From Craspedostauros australis (Eukaryota), in NCBI GenBank assembly GCA_030167865.1, contig JALAGF010001079.1, positions 1-33,601 of the forward strand: DNA of 33,601 nucleotides. Reading direction: 5' to 3'. The notes below the pieces were generated by a model that saw only the letters and a list, made by a program, of their open reading frames with translations, was not told the origin of the DNA and did not search any database. How positions within the stretch are numbered: the first letter of the stretch is position 1; every line of letters starts with the position of its first letter. Of the stretch, positions 32,101 to 33,601 are shown one piece after another. The position numbers and the translations under genes are program-made.

Positions 32101-32859
32101 CTAAATAAAGGGCGTGTCAAACAACGGTGTGCTGTTGTGAAAACTGGCCGATCTTTTGTCGCTCAACCCACCGCTGCCACCGCTACCGCCGGTGGTCACG
32201 ACGGCCGGACCCGACCCTGACGCCGAATCCATGATGAGCTGCCGCGTGCTGTCCGAGATCTGAAGATGGCTGATGCTGGATCGGCGCCTTGGTGCGTAGA
32301 CGTGATTGCCCGTGTCGATGCTCCACAGGACATTCTCCAGTTGATCCGGATGCCGCATGCCTTCGAGGATGGAGAACTCGAGGCTCTTCCTCCTCATCCT
32401 GGGGCGCGTGCGTTTGCCATGACGCAGCATGACGCCTGGCGAAAGATCCTGTCGTTGCGAGTGCGGCGACTCGCTGGCACGCCATGGCGGTGATTCCAAC
32501 GGAACCTGGAAGACGGGCGACATGGTGGGACCGTCAGAGACGCTGGCTTTCTGGGCACTCGCGACGGGGCTCACGTAGGAGCGGTGGTGCAGCGATGCAG
32601 GCGATGGGCGAGGCCTTGGAGGCGGTCTGCGTGGCTGTTGCAGCGGTGTCGTGGGGCTCATTGGTTCGGATCGTTGCTTGTGTTGTTGTTGTTGTTGTTC
32701 CTCTGCGTGCTGATGGTGATGAGTGTGGTGGTGGTGGTGATGGTGGTGATGATGTTTGTTGGTATTGGTATGTTGCAGTTGTCGTTGCTGTTGTTGATTG
32801 CGAATCGTGCTTGTGTTGTTCGCGTCATGGTGCTGCAACTTGGAGAAACCGGGCTCCAT
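32101..32859 (-). CDS. Hypothetical low-complexity protein (poly-Q, poly-H, S/P-rich; ~252 aa)
   Basis: ATG at 32859 (ORF-track start is TTG). Includes a short ordered-looking segment RRKSLEFSILEGMRHPDQLENVLWSIDTG. No family recognised. Confidence 0.55.
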   Translation of the reverse strand: MEPGFSKLQHHDANNTSTIRNQQQQRQLQHTNTNKHHHHHHHHHHTHHHQHAEEQQQQQHKQRSEPMSPTTPLQQPRRPPPRPRPSPASLHHRSYVSPVASAQKASVSDGPTMSPVFQVPLESPPWRASESPHSQRQDLSPGVMLRHGKRTRPRMRRKSLEFSILEGMRHPDQLENVLWSIDTGNHVYAPRRRSSISHLQISDSTRQLIMDSASGSGPAVVTTGGSGGSGGLSDKRSASFHNSTPLFDTPFI

Positions 32860-32986
32860 CTTCGCGGCTGAATGTGGCGTTCTCTTGCGATGCTCTGTTT
32901 GTTGCAACGGTTAGGGCTGCTGCTGTTGCGATCGTGGCTCCGTGGATATAGTTGTGATGAATGATGTGAGACTTTCCCAGCGGTCT

Positions 32987-33005
32987 CCTCTCTCTCTCTC
33001 TCTCT
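32987..33005. repeat. (CT)n microsatellite
   Basis: Seen directly, upstream of the minus-strand ORF. Confidence 0.8.
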
Positions 33006-33446
33006 TTGTGGCCTCGTTTGATCCAAGGGGTGCGATCTGATACCTGCTCACCTCTTCTTCTCGTCCTCTCTTGTGCTCTCTCGTCCTCTTGGTGTTGGTT
33101 CTGATGTTGTCGATACCTGCTGCTTCTGGTTCGGTTGTGTGTGTGTCTGCGGCTTCTGGTTGTTGACGCTTCGGTGTTCTGGCGATGCGCAGACACACCA
33201 CGAATCACGAGAGGCAATTGGTGGCGCAAATGAAACGCATCAGGCGTTGTAGTTGTGTGAAACATGGGCTTAGCAGCTGCAAAGGATTGCGTTCTCCTCT
33301 TCTGCGTTCTGTGCGCAGCGACTGGCGGTGTCGTCTGCGTTGAACAATGAAGCCTATTCCAGTCCCATCGAACGAGCCCAATGTTTATTCGCAATGGTCG
33401 TAGATTGAAGCATGAAGACTAGTGCCTCAAAGAGCCAGACCCCAAA

Positions 33447-33476
33447 AATTGGTTACAATTGGTTACAATTGGTTAC
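33447..33476. repeat. Tandem repeat (AATTGGTTAC)x3
   Basis: Three perfect 10-bp copies in an AT-rich stretch at the window end. Confidence 0.9.
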
Positions 33477-33601
33477 AGATTTTGGATCCAATTTTCCCGA
33501 TCTCAGACTTAAAGTTATAGACACTCAATCGAACATCTCTTTGCATCTACCTAAACTTAAGACTCAGGGCTATCCAGGAAAGCAATAACATTATCTTGTT
33601 G

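Noticed and set aside
482-32859. Idea that PARP-like, proteasome, RING and ubiquitin-binding genes form one functional cluster
   Set aside because: Genes are interspersed with unrelated transporters and secreted proteins on mixed strands; adjacency in a eukaryotic genome is not evidence without synteny or co-expression data.
33447-33476. Possible telomeric or CRISPR-like repeat
   Set aside because: Only three contiguous 10-bp units with no spacers; does not match TTAGGG-type telomeres.

Overview
Gene-dense eukaryotic nuclear DNA, probably from a diatom. This is inferred from the GT-AG introns of 228-508 bp, a signal peptide + transit + twin-arginine thylakoid presequence, RxL propeptide motifs in secreted proteins, and A/C-rich microsatellite leaders. 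About 13 protein-coding genes are supported: a PARP-like ADP-ribosyltransferase, a thylakoid-lumen protein, proteasome beta1 (2 exons), a large coiled-coil protein, an SLC35/DMT transporter, a small membrane protein, a secreted Spondin_N protein (2 exons), a DUF2306-like membrane protein, an SLC1/DAACS symporter, a Pro-rich zinc-finger/ubiquitin-binding adaptor (2 exons), a HEI10/CCNB1IP1-like RING protein (2 exons, RING split by the intron), a secreted Cys-repeat acidic protein and a low-complexity ORF. I saw no rRNA, tRNA, CRISPR array or intact mobile element, and no evidence that the genes form one co-functional system. The most notable points are the hidden HEI10-like gene, a changed substrate-specificity residue in the SLC1 transporter, the putative ESCRT/ubiquitin adaptor, the RxL-processed secreted proteins, and a strongly enriched non-coding TACGAGTA octamer. 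All family assignments are by-eye motif recognition; no database searches were run.
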